From Candidatus Bathyarchaeota archaeon (GTDB taxonomy: Archaea > Thermoproteota > Bathyarchaeia > Bathyarchaeales > Bathycorpusculaceae): DNA of 64,000 bases. Shown one piece after another: positions 21,367 through 31,494 of this stretch (position 1 is its first letter; every line of letters begins with the position of its first letter). The DNA is taken from NCBI GenBank assembly GCA_963806535.1, contig CAWDYC010000004.1, positions 96,001 to 160,000 on the forward strand, in the 5' to 3' direction. The notes beneath the pieces are model-generated. The model had not been told where the DNA came from. It worked only from the letters and a program-made list of their open reading frames with translations, and did no database searches. The position numbers and the translations under genes are program-made.

Positions 21367-22169
21367 TTGAGTTGTTTCTGTTTCATTATGTGAGATTTTC
21401 ACATCGGGATGGTGGTATCGGCTTTTGTTTACAGTAATTCTTCCAGCTTGTATCGATTCTTTTGGACACCACTGAAGTCATGCGAAGCACAAAGTACAGT
21501 TGCCCCCCAAAATGGTTTACCCTCTTTAAGTGTGATGTTATTCATTGGGCATATTTGCACGCAGGTTCCGCATTGGTTGCAGTTGCTATCTGATGCAAAA
21601 GCGAAGGATTTCCATCCGCGGAGTACAACTTCTTTTGCTAAGCCTAATAGTTTTGGCGTAGCCCTGATAAACAAACCATTTAGGATTAAATGGGTTAAAA
21701 CGTTGCTTGTTTCGATTTTGCCTTCTTTTCGAGCACTCACATAGTTATTTATTTTTTTAAGTTTAGCGTTCCATTTTTCGTGCATTTCTTTTTGTCTTTT
21801 TGCAGTTATTTTTTCGGTTATTATTCCGTTGTTAGGCATTGACACTATAAATGCTCCAGAAAGCTTGCCGCCGCAGGATTGAAATGTTTTTTCAAGGCTT
21901 TCATAGGCATAAACCCATAAGTGGCAACGACAAACACATATTTTGAGTCAAGTTTAGATAATTTTTTCACAAACGACTGAATTATCGGGGGTGCCTTAAA
22001 GTCGTAAATGGAAAAAACTACGCCAATTACTTGAGCGTCTGTTTCAATAATGTCTTTCTTACAGGGGCACTATTGCTATCAGTTTTCCGCAAAGTTTTTC
22101 GGAAAGGTCTCTTGCAACAACCAAAGAATTTCCCGTTCCGGAGAAATAGTAAATCTCAGTTCTTATCAT
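21367..22169 (-). pseudogene. EFR1-family flavodoxin-ferredoxin fusion, multiply frameshifted
   Basis: MIRTEIYYFSGTGNSLVVA N-terminus; CNQCGTCVQICP; RYHHP near end; second Fe-S motif decayed. Confidence 0.75.
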
Positions 22170-22196
22170 ATTGGTATGATATGTCCTTTTGAGATA

Positions 22197-22232
22197 TGTG
22201 GGTTGTTATACGGATAAGAAAAAAACCCACGT
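22197..22232. repeat. Palindromic site GTGGGTT-N19-AACCCAC, copy 1
   Basis: tgtgggttgttatacggataagaaaaaaacccacgt; same geometry at 28153. Confidence 0.7.
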
Positions 22233-22316
22233 GAGATTTTAACGGAAGAATTCAACAATTCTTTGATAGAATTATAATACCGATTGACGTTCATGTAGAC
22301 AAGTGGATGATTAAAC

Positions 22317-22490
22317 ATGACTAAAAAAGAATCTTGCGTTAATACCAGTTATACTGACGGCTTTAAGATTACGGTAAAGCCTAATGGAACTTTCATTGGG
22401 GTTAAAGGGAAAAATAAGCTAGAGGCTGAATCGGCAGAAGAACTGTACGAATTGATAAAAAACTTTAACAAAGAAAAAAAGAAAAATTAA
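22317..22490 (+). CDS. Small hypothetical protein (57 aa)
   Basis: MTKKESCVNTSYTDGFKITVKPNGTFIGVKGKNKLEAESAEELYELIKNFNKEKKKN*. Confidence 0.55.
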   Translation: MTKKESCVNTSYTDGFKITVKPNGTFIGVKGKNKLEAESAEELYELIKNFNKEKKKN

Positions 22491-22553
22491 CAAAGGATAT
22501 AACAGGATAATGTAATTTTATAAAACCTTTTAAAGGATAGCCACCAACTTTGA

Positions 22554-23039
22554 ATGTACAGGCTTCTGGTAAAGATGAAGAAAACGTTGATAGCCTATTC
22601 TAGTAAAAGTGGGGCAACTGAACAAGTAGCTAAACTTATTGAAGAGGTTTTGAAAGAAAAGCCTGGACTGGATGTTGAGCTTGTAAATTTAAGGAAAGAC
22701 TCACCAAATATTGCTCAATACGAAAATTTCATAGTTGGGGCAGGTGTACGTGCAGGCAAAGTCTACAGTGAAGCTTTAGACTTTCTAAATCAAAACTTCA
22801 GTAACAAAAAAGTTGCGTTTTTTGTATGTTGCGGCGGAGCTGGCGATCCCAAGAAATACGATGAATCATGCGCCAATTATATAACAAATGTGTTGGCAAG
22901 GTATTCCAACTTGAAACCAATTGCGACAGAAGCGTTTGGTGGACGAATGAAAATGCTTGGAAAAACACTTTTCGATAACGTTGACCCTGCTAAAGTTCGT
23001 GCTTGGGCAGAAAATCTTGCAAGCAAACTCGCGGAATAA
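22554..23039 (+). CDS. Flavodoxin domain protein (HemG-like)
   Basis: IAYSSKSGATEQVA, VGAGV, AFGG. Confidence 0.85.
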   Translation: MYRLLVKMKKTLIAYSSKSGATEQVAKLIEEVLKEKPGLDVELVNLRKDSPNIAQYENFIVGAGVRAGKVYSEALDFLNQNFSNKKVAFFVCCGGAGDPKKYDESCANYITNVLARYSNLKPIATEAFGGRMKMLGKTLFDNVDPAKVRAWAENLASKLAE

Positions 23040-23183
23040 ATTATTGAAATTCCAGCCCGATAAATACTCAGTTTGACCTTCAAACGAGCGAAGAATACTA
23101 GCGTCAAGGTTCTTTTAACACACATACAAATGTTTTTCTTTCGTGCAAAAGATTATTAACGAATCCTGACTTGCACACCAATT

Positions 23184-23300
23184 ATGTCCTATTCCTTCAA
23201 ATGTCCAAATTGCAACGAAAGGTTTGCCGACCCTAAACAACTCCAAGAGCACAGCGTGAAAGTTCACAAAGGGCAAACATCGAAAAGAATAGCTTTCTAA
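23184..23300 (+). CDS. C2H2 zinc-finger microprotein (38 aa)
   Basis: MSYSFKCPNCNERFADPKQLQEHSVKVHKGQTSKRIAF*: F-x-CxxC-x3-F-x5-L-x2-H-x4-H. Confidence 0.75.
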   Translation: MSYSFKCPNCNERFADPKQLQEHSVKVHKGQTSKRIAF

Positions 23301-23774
23301 ATTTTTGTATTTGTACTATCGAGAATTATCAGTCCCATTCAAAGTTAATGTTCACTATAGATTCTGTGATAACTATAATCTATTTGGAAATAATACATAA
23401 GGAAAGTCCAGCAATATTTTTTCGGTGATCGAACTGAAAAGAGAGAAAAAAGCTAAAGAAGAAGAAAAGAATCAAAGTGAAAAACCGTTTTTTTTTAAGC
23501 GAATTTAATTTTTTGGAACATAAAGAGGGGAGAAGATGAGCAACAAAATAAAGGCAAAGAATGGGAATTCGGAATTGTCTTACTGGATGTTAGCCATCGA
23601 TTTTGACCCAGCCAAATACAGATGCTCAAAAAAAACACGCCAATTTGCTTGCCGACATCCTTTCATTGTAAGTCTGAGCTAATTTGGCATTATTTCCACT
23701 GAATATAAGGTAAATTGCTTTTTAATCAGTTAGCGCTAGTTGCAAAGGGCATTTTTATAGTAAATATTTAGTCT

Positions 23775-23978
23775 ATGGAGCCATATGAAGACGAGAAGTA
23801 CGTATTTCGAGTTAACAAGACTTTTATTATAAACAAGCAACTAACATTCCAAGAAAAAGAGTGGATGTTAGAGGTTGAAAACTTACCAAACAAGCATAAA
23901 TACGAATATCCCGTTTTCGAAGCCTTCTCCTTTCTCCTCGAATACGGAGTAGCTGTTTGGAAAGCCAACAAACAATGA
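23775..23978 (+). CDS. Hypothetical protein (67 aa)
   Basis: ORF with TTTTTATA box upstream. Confidence 0.5.
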   Translation: MEPYEDEKYVFRVNKTFIINKQLTFQEKEWMLEVENLPNKHKYEYPVFEAFSFLLEYGVAVWKANKQ

Positions 23979-24566
23979 AAACAGCCGCTCACCCAAAAAC
24001 CTTAGCTATGTGCAATTGATAGTGTATTAAGCCTTAAGTATGCCTATATAGAATATGCTGGGTATCCCTAAGAACAACAGTGCCTTTTTAGAAGTCCTAA
24101 AAAGATGGAGAGACCTTAAATGTGCAATTTAATCGTTCAACTTCAAAATAATAGTCAAACAACAGCCGTTAAAGACAAAATGTCTAAACATAATTATGTA
24201 AAAACAATAGAGTCATGTTCGCTGTTTCCTGCAACCTTATTAGAGGTCTTTTGGTTTGTATAAAACGATAGTTTTAGATTGCCAAAATACGGCTGTTGTT
24301 ATTTCTTGTGATGATTGCTTTGCCTATAAGAACTGCAAAATGTCGAAGAAGAAAGAAAAGGAACTCAAACGATAGTCCCTTTGGAGAAATTTTTGTGTCA
24401 CTAGCGGAAAGAGCAAAAACTCTCGCAAAAGCTAGTTCATTTCTCTACGATTGGCATTTCGGTGTTTGATTTTACATTATGTAACAAATAATAAATCAAA
24501 TAAGCTTTGTATGATTTGTTAATGAAAGATTTTCATCTCGTTTCTATATTAAAGCTAAGTAGAAGA

Positions 24567-24837
24567 GTGTTTTTTTGGATATAACAGGAGACTTTTTGTT
24601 TGCCCAGAATGTGGTAAACAGAATTTGTCGATTCATCGAAAAACATACGAGCAAATAATAATGGTTTTTTGTAGTAGTTGCAACTTTAACTCACCATTTG
24701 AACCCTCAATCGAAGCACATTTTGACAAAAACAAATCTTTGGCGGAGTTCACTGCAAACCATAGAATGGTTCACGGGCGTCCAAATAAGAACCTGCAAAA
24801 AACGGTTCACTATAGGTTGGAAGAAGTAAACCTTTAG
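24567..24837 (+). CDS. Zn-ribbon protein, Elf1-like paralog 1 (5' end frameshifted)
   Basis: VCPECGKQNLSIHRKTYEQIIMVFCSSCNFNSPFEPS. Confidence 0.6.
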
Positions 24838-24941
24838 TTAAGCTGATTTTCTTATCAATTGACGTAAAATTTAAACTCTGTAATAATGCTATTAGCAAAT
24901 CCGGTTCTCAACTAAAATCAATAAACTCTATAGAGTATACG

Positions 24942-25409
24942 TTGGCAAGCAATATTAAGCCAATTACCACTTTTGAATTCTTCCAAGTGTCAATAATGTC
25001 TGTTTACAAGTTGAAAGTCTTTGAACCCTTTGGCAAAAACGATTATTCGAGAAAATATCGTTTTGCAGTAATTGATCCAAACAACTTCAAAGGCTACCCA
25101 GCGAATTTTGTGTGTGTTTTGCCGAGAAGAATTTTCGAGTCTGGAAAGCCAGTTAGTGCCTTTGGAAGAATGTTTGGCGATAAGAGTTCAGAGTTTGCCA
25201 CTGAATTATTAAAGGAAGCAATCATCCAAGAGAAAGACGAACAAGTAAGAACAGAACTAGGAAAAAGACTCAAGCTTCTTGAATCACAGAGACCTAAATT
25301 GATATGCAGTTACTGCAACCAAGAATTTGAAGAGTACAGCAAGATAAAGTACAGAAACAAATTATGCAAAAGTTGTCTAGAATTAAGAATGCGTCAAAAA
25401 CGAAACTAG
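24942..25409 (+). CDS. Hypothetical protein with C-terminal CxxC-CxxC Zn ribbon
   Basis: ICSYC...LCKSC. Confidence 0.7.
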   Translation: MASNIKPITTFEFFQVSIMSVYKLKVFEPFGKNDYSRKYRFAVIDPNNFKGYPANFVCVLPRRIFESGKPVSAFGRMFGDKSSEFATELLKEAIIQEKDEQVRTELGKRLKLLESQRPKLICSYCNQEFEEYSKIKYRNKLCKSCLELRMRQKRN

Positions 25410-25543
25410 ATTTTTAAACCAGCACAGCGACTTCTCTCGTTTTCAAAAGCCTAGAATTGCAGCAATAAATTATAAATCGAATATGTATTATTCGAGTTAT
25501 CCTAGAAAAGCTTTAATTGCAATTCTGTTAAATTGGCAAGCAG

Positions 25544-25765
25544 TTGAGTGGTGTGCTTACCGGCAAACTCTATATTTGTCCGCAGTGCGGAAAAGAAAAT
25601 TTATCGATTCATAGGAAAACGTATGAGAAAATAATTATTGTTTTCTGTAATAATTGTCATCTTAATTCTTCGTTTGAACCCTCGAAAGACGCTTATAATG
25701 ACGTAAAGAAATGTTTGGATGAATTTACTGTAAATTATAAAACGGTTCAGACCTACACACACTGA
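25544..25765 (+). CDS. Zn-ribbon protein, Elf1-like paralog 2
   Basis: ICPQCGKENLSIHRKTYEKIIIVFCNNCHLNSSFEPS. Confidence 0.65.
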   Translation: MSGVLTGKLYICPQCGKENLSIHRKTYEKIIIVFCNNCHLNSSFEPSKDAYNDVKKCLDEFTVNYKTVQTYTH

Positions 25766-25882
25766 CATCCTATCCAACGATAAATACTAAGATGGCAATC
25801 CATTGCAATTACAAGAATTGGAAATCGCTCTTGAAAACATCAAGCAGCGTTCCTTGACTTGAAGGGTTTATCGTACATCTTT

Positions 25883-26146
25883 TCAATAGGAATGTGTCTT
25901 AGCTTCCTGTTTCCATCCGCGGTTACCCATAAGAATGTACATCCACTGAGGTGTCCCACGTTTAGACATTAGGACTACTGCTTCTTCGAGTATAACTTCT
26001 CCTTTCGTCAAAGATTCGGCTGCGAGTTCTAAAGATCTCTTCTGATTACGAACCATGCCTCCGAGTTCGGCGATAGGTTGACCTGATATCATTCCGCCTC
26101 CACCATCGCGAGCCCACCTGACATGTGAAACCCACTTGTTTGGCAA
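25883..26146 (-). CDS. Hypothetical protein
   Basis: 87-aa ORF downstream of wHTH-TM gene; no motif recognised. Confidence 0.4.
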   Translation of the reverse strand: MPNKWVSHVRWARDGGGGMISGQPIAELGGMVRNQKRSLELAAESLTKGEVILEEAVVLMSKRGTPQWMYILMGNRGWKQEAKTHSY

Positions 26147-26171
26147 AGCTACGGCAAATAACTTAACTGAT

Positions 26172-26659
26172 TCAAAAATTTAGTGTCGATTTAACTTCTT
26201 TTAATAAGACTTTAGCTTGAGGTGGCAGTTCGGGCTTGTTTCTTCGGCTTATAAGTCAAGAACAAGGACCCAATAGAAATTAATGCTATCCCGAAAAACG
26301 CTACACTCTCTTTCGGTAAAATTCCATAGCTCAAGTCCGACAGTGAAAAATACCATTGCAATTCCCATAACAACCATTATCGTGTTACTCATGGCAGCTG
26401 TTGAATACAAAGCAAATTCCTTCTTGCCTGTATCAGTAACAAGAAAATGACCCTGTTTTTCCTCAATCATACCTGCATTCATTAAGTAATTCCAGTCGTA
26501 ATGAAAATGACCATCAGACTTGTAGCCCAATGCAGAACTTATGCTTGATTTTACGCCTGGTTCAGCTTTAATTTTACTGTTTGGGGCAGAATAAATGAAG
26601 TAAAGCAGTTTAGTTCTTGGTGACTGAATATCCGCGCTTATTCCCCGTGATTTTGTCAT
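26172..26659 (-). CDS. Winged-helix-like protein with C-terminal TM helices (frameshifted)
   Basis: LMNAGMIEEKQGHFLVTDTGKKE wing motif followed by two hydrophobic segments. Confidence 0.6.
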
Positions 26660-26767
26660 CGTATCAACTCCCTTTTACAAAATAACAAATGGTAGCGAGT
26701 GCTCTGCAGCTTAGGTCTGTTTGCATAATTTCACCAATAATTGTTTGTTTGCTTATGAATCTATGTC

Positions 26768-26830
26768 TTAGAGTTGCTACTCTAAATGTTAGAGCTGTTT
26801 TAGAGTTGTTATTCTAAATGTTAGGGCTAT
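26768..26830. promoter_or_regulatory. Tandem 32-bp direct repeat containing TTAGAG-N6-CTCTAA palindromes (putative operators)
   Basis: ttagagttgctactctaaatgttagagctgtt / ttagagttgttattctaaatgttagggctat between divergent genes. Confidence 0.65.
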
Positions 26831-26876
26831 ATCCGTTCACGCACTTAGTATGTTTCAAAAAAATGGAGGCAAAAAA

Positions 26877-27484
26877 ATGAATGTAAATTTACAATACAGC
26901 AAGACTCTGGCTGGCGAAGGCGCAATACTTCTTTTACTAAGCCTTGTTCCTTACGCTGGCTGGATATTAGGCATAATCGGTGTAATCCTGTTACTCAGGG
27001 CTATGAAAGAACTCTCAAACTACTATCAAGATGAAGAAATCTACAAAAACTCACTCACAGGAGTGAAATTCTACATAGTAGCTTTGGTAGCGGCTGGAGT
27101 TGCCATTGCATCATTAGTAGTTGGTGTTTGGATCCGCAACAGGTTTTACATTTACAACAGGACTTTGTACCCACAATAGGCTTTGGAGTTGGCTTAATAG
27201 CTTTCTTCGCAGGGCTTATCGTTGCTTTCGTATTCTACATACTTGCAGCATCGCACTTAAGAAGAACCTTCAATACACTTGCACAGAAATCAGGTGAAGC
27301 ATCGTTTACAACTGCTGGCAATTTGCTCTGGTGGGGATCCATACTGTCAATCGTTCTTGTCGGCTTTGTACTGATATTAATCGCTTGGATATTTGCTACA
27401 ATAGGATTCTTCACAATGAAAACTCCACAACAGCAATCATACAATCCACAACAATATGCCCACTCCCCCTTCTTCACAACCTGA
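26877..27484 (+). CDS. DUF996 family membrane protein (frameshift near 27130)
   Basis: GAILLLLSLVPYAGWILGIIG..LS.YY.DEEIY; F.TAG.L...G.IL....AWI....GFF. Confidence 0.8.
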
Positions 27485-27566
27485 GCAAGGAAACATGACC
27501 GCAGAGTAAAGGAATAAGCAACAATAATAATGCACAATTGGAAACGCTAGGAAGGAGAGGAATTTA

Positions 27567-28136
27567 ATGACTGAGGAAATTGGAATTGAAAAAGGTTCTG
27601 ATTGGAGAAAATTCTTAAGAAAACACTGGAAAATATTTGCCGTGTTTGTAGTAGCAGTTATTTTGGCGTTCGTAGGTGCAGTCTATGTCTTTCTCTGGTT
27701 CACAGGAAACGCACAATCAACAGGTCTAGTACCATCAACTTTAGGTCTATGGACAATGAGCCATTTAGTGTCGTTTATTCTGCATGCGATTTTCTGGGAG
27801 CTTCTCTTCATAGGCATTCCAGCAATTATCGCAGCTGTAGTAGGTTGGCAATGGTGGAAAAGACTGCCCGCTGAAGAAAAGCAAGAATATCATCTCTTTG
27901 GCAAAGGCTCACGGTCAAACAGAGCAGGAGGAGCAATCTCGCCATTACTTTTCATCGCATTCGCAATCAAAGTCTATATCGACGGAAACTGGAATACTGC
28001 CATTTCAAGCTTTACACTAGACTATGTCGTAGGTTCCATGTTTACAATACTGCTTTGGATAGTTGCCATCGCCGCAATTCCTGCAACAATAGGGCTCATC
28101 TGGTGGATACGCCACGAGATGAACAAAAAACCCTAA
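27567..28136 (+). CDS. Hypothetical membrane protein
   Basis: 189-aa ORF, about 4 TM segments, strong RBS. Confidence 0.75.
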   Translation: MTEEIGIEKGSDWRKFLRKHWKIFAVFVVAVILAFVGAVYVFLWFTGNAQSTGLVPSTLGLWTMSHLVSFILHAIFWELLFIGIPAIIAAVVGWQWWKRLPAEEKQEYHLFGKGSRSNRAGGAISPLLFIAFAIKVYIDGNWNTAISSFTLDYVVGSMFTILLWIVAIAAIPATIGLIWWIRHEMNKKP

Positions 28137-28152
28137 CCTTTTTTTGATTTAG

Positions 28153-28188
28153 TGTGGGTTATGAAATTGCTATTAGGAAAACCCACGT
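28153..28188. repeat. Palindromic site GTGGGTT-N19-AACCCAC, copy 2
   Basis: tgtgggttatgaaattgctattaggaaaacccacgt. Confidence 0.7.
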
Positions 28189-28282
28189 TGTTAGCAAAAA
28201 AGCTATTGATCTTTTTGTTATTGTTCAATGCCAGTCACAAACCTTGAAATAATCTGAATAGCAAGAGCAGAACGGATGTTTT

Positions 28283-29333
28283 ATGAAAGCTTTTGTCATG
28301 AAGGAAATAGATAATGTTGCATTTATGGAAAAGCCCATTCCTGAAGCCGGACCATATGATGCTATTGTAAAGACAAACGTTGCCTTGGTTTGTACTTCTG
28401 ACTCACATACAGTGCATGGGGCTATTGGTCAACGTAAGAACTTGACCCTTGGACATGAAGCCACGGGCACAGTGTACAAGGTGGGAAGCCATGTGAAACT
28501 CTTCAAGCCTGGTGACAGAGTCTCTGTTGGCGCCATAACGCCTGATTGGGGCGATATCGCTTCTCAAGCCGGCTATCCATCTCAATCTGGTCAACCTCTC
28601 GGAGGTTGGAAATTTTCCAACAGTAAAGACGGAGTATTTGCAGAATATTTTCACGTCAATGAGGCAGACGCTAACATGGCTAAAATTCCTGATAATGTCC
28701 CTGACAATGCTGCCGTTTATGTTTCAGACATGATGTCAACAGGTTTTGCTGGAGCCGAAGCCGCTGACATACCAATAGGTGGAACCGCTGTGGTGTTTGC
28801 TCTGGGACCTGTAGGTCTCATGGCGGTTGCTGGAGCCAAATTCAGGGGAGCAGGAATGATAATAGGGGTAGATTCAATAACTAAGAGACAAGACCTTAGC
28901 AAGTTTTACGGTGCAGATTTGATTGTTGATCCCACAAAGGAAGACACAGTATCTAGAATAATGGACCAAACAGCTGGGCTAGGAGTAGACAGCTCGATTG
29001 AAGCGCTTGGTGCAGACAATCACATTTGAAAACGCAATAAAGGTCACAAAAGCAGGCGGAACAATATCAAACGTAGGCTACCACGGTATCGGCGAATGTG
29101 TTTGTATTCCTAGAATAGACTGGGGTGTAGGGATGGCTCAAAAAACAATAAAGACTTCATTATGCCCGGGAGGACGCTTGAGACTGCAAAGACTACTGCT
29201 TCTGTTACGGAATGGAAAAATTGATCCGACACTTATGACTACTCATACATTCAAGTACGACCAAGCAGATAAAGCGTTTGAAATAATGGATAAGAAACTC
29301 GACGGTGTCATAAAACCACTAATCAAGTTTTAA
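28283..29333 (+). CDS. adh: Zn-dependent NAD(P) alcohol dehydrogenase, secondary-ADH type (frameshift near 29015)
   Basis: CTSD, LGHEA, GWKFSNSKDGVF.EYFHVN.AD.N, CPGGRLR, IKPLI. Confidence 0.9.
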
Positions 29334-29396
29334 CACATATTTAGCAACTAAAAATCTGGCGCTGGAAAATTTTAAGAATATTAAGGGCATTTCGAA

Positions 29397-29529
29397 AGAC
29401 CACAGAAATGGGGTCTGCCGCCTCCACGGAAAAGAGGGATTCGCGGGTTACAAACCGGTGACATAACACGCTTGAAAGGAGAACGGTTCTAGCGTGGTTT
29501 GTTATCCGTTGTTGTGGAGGCGGCTTTTT
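29397..29529 (+). ncRNA. Candidate structured small RNA (strand uncertain)
   Basis: GCCGCCTCCAC/GTGGAGGCGGC 11-bp stem with nested stems, U-tract after, GAAAATTTTAAG box upstream. Confidence 0.5.
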
Positions 29530-29580
29530 GGCACGGCTGTTTCGATTCTGGCACTCTTCGGCTCTTATTTTCACCTTCGC

Positions 29581-29605
29581 TTGCTACTATTGATGATAGT
29601 AGCTA
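29581..29605. promoter_or_regulatory. Palindromic operator 1 (GCTACTA-N7-TAGTAGC)
   Basis: ttgctactattgatgatagtagcta, just downstream of minus-strand TATA at 29610-29623. Confidence 0.7.
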
Positions 29606-29720
29606 ACCTCTATAAACGTTTTCCCAATTAACACCCATTTCATTCCCGATTCAGAGAGGTGGAATTGTTGCATTGTTTCGAGGGTCCCGTGCTGGTGGCA
29701 GGATTTGTTTAGCTTACTAA

Positions 29721-29745
29721 TTGCTACTACCTTAAATAGTAGCAA
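29721..29745. promoter_or_regulatory. Palindromic operator 2 overlapping the TATA-like box of the ArsR gene
   Basis: ttgctactaccttaaatagtagcaa, same spacing as operator 1. Confidence 0.7.
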
Positions 29746-29775
29746 TGACAATACTTACAGCTACGGGTAACCTCA

Positions 29776-30090
29776 ATGATAAACCAGCAACCACTCCCCC
29801 AAGTGCTAAAATGGCTGCTAATAACAACAAAAGGCGGCAAGACTCGAACCCAAATAATCAAAACTTTAAAACAAACTCCGCAAAACACAAACCAACTAGC
29901 CACAACACTCAAAAAAAGCTACAAAACATTGAGCTATCAACTTAGTGTCCTGAAAAAATATAACATGGTAATATCGGTTGGTGACAAATACGCTTCAACC
30001 TACTTCCTATCAAATTCAATGGAAGAAAACTACAGAGTGTTTCAAGAAATAATAAATGAAAAAAAAGCAATAGAAATAGTTCAAAAATAA
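29776..30090 (+). CDS. ArsR-family winged-helix transcription regulator
   Basis: WLL.TTKGGKTR..II..L...PQNTNQLA..L...YKT..YQL. Confidence 0.85.
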   Translation: MINQQPLPQVLKWLLITTKGGKTRTQIIKTLKQTPQNTNQLATTLKKSYKTLSYQLSVLKKYNMVISVGDKYASTYFLSNSMEENYRVFQEIINEKKAIEIVQK

Positions 30091-30447
30091 TATTTTTGAT
30101 TTGTAGAGCTTCAATCATTTTAACATTTGAGTGCAGGAGTAGATTTGTCATTCATCCTCAATTGGAACATGTCTGACTTGATCATTATTTTGGGAACATT
30201 TTTCTTCTTTTTCTTTTCTCTTGAAGTTGAGGAAATTTTTGTTATTGATATTTCATCGGTTATTCATTTTTGAGCAAATAATTTCGTGTGACTGTTAGCA
30301 TCCAAAAATGAACCAACTGGCAATAATGCGCCTAAAAATGATCACAATTATTAAAGAACTAATGATAACCACGTTTATATCCGCTAAAGTTGATATCAAA
30401 AGCAAATATAACACTGATTAACAACACAACATTGGAGAATGATTAAT

Positions 30448-31494
30448 TTGGATGCGCCAGAAAAGAAAGCGTTCGCTAAAGAATTCTACAGTCGCCAAAT
30501 CACAATGAAAGAACTTAGGCGAAAAAGGGCAAGCGCGTTTGGCTAAGTCCAAAGTGGCAGTTGTCGGCGCAGGTGGTTTGGGCACGGTTTCTTCGCTTTA
30601 TCTTGCTTTAGCAGGTGTTGGCTATATTCGCTTAATTGACCAGGACACGGTTGAGCTGCAGAATCTTCACCGCCAAATCCTCTACACCAACGCTGATTTG
30701 CATTATCCCAAAGCTGAAATCGCCGCAAAACGATTGCAAGAACTAAATCCGCTGATTCAGACTGAAGCATTCACCGAAAACGTAAACGCCAGCAACGTCG
30801 AACGGCTTTTGAAGCGGCGTGGACTGTGTTGTTGATGGTTTAGATAATATGGTGACTCGTTACCTTGTTAACCGTGCCTGCGTAAAACTAAAAATTCCCT
30901 ATGTTTTCGGCGCAGCCATCGGCATAGAAGGCAACCTGTCGGTTTTTGCTCCGCCTGAAACGGGTTGTTTGGAATGTTTGATGCCTAACCTCTCTGACAA
31001 CGACTTGCTGACATGCAGCACCCGCGGTGTGATTGGAGCGACGCCTGGAGTGATTGGCGCCTTGCAAGCTATGGAAACCATAAAACTGTTGGCTGGAGTG
31101 GGGCAGACTTTGAAGGGCAAACTGTTGGTCTGCGACTTCAGCGACATGGACTTCACCACCATTGACATATCTAAGAGCACTCGCTGTCCTGTTTGCCACG
31201 GCGACTTATCTGAGGGTTGCTGGCGGCGAACGGCTGGTTTGGCTTTGCGGAAGAGACACAGCCAACATTAACCCTGAAAAACCAATGCGACTAAACCTTG
31301 AAGAAGTTTATCCAGTCGTCAACAAGCACTTTAACGTCCGTTTGAAATCGCGTTTAGCGCTCATGTTCAACTATAAAGAATACGAAGTTAGCCTCTTCAA
31401 CGGAGGACGCATGCTAATAAAAGGCGTAACAGATGAAAAAAAGGCGTTGTCAGTTTATCGAGAGATACTAAAAAAGCTTGAATCCTGCACTTAA
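30448..31494 (+). CDS. MoeB/ThiF/UbaA-family E1-like adenylyltransferase with C-terminal extension (3 frameshifts)
   Basis: YSRQ, VVGAGGLG, NLHRQ, CLEC, CPVC. Confidence 0.88.

Noticed and set aside
29428-29470. AAGAGGGA...CCGGTG as a cobalamin riboswitch
   Set aside because: No GCCACTG/GGGAAG B12-box elements and no suitable downstream gene
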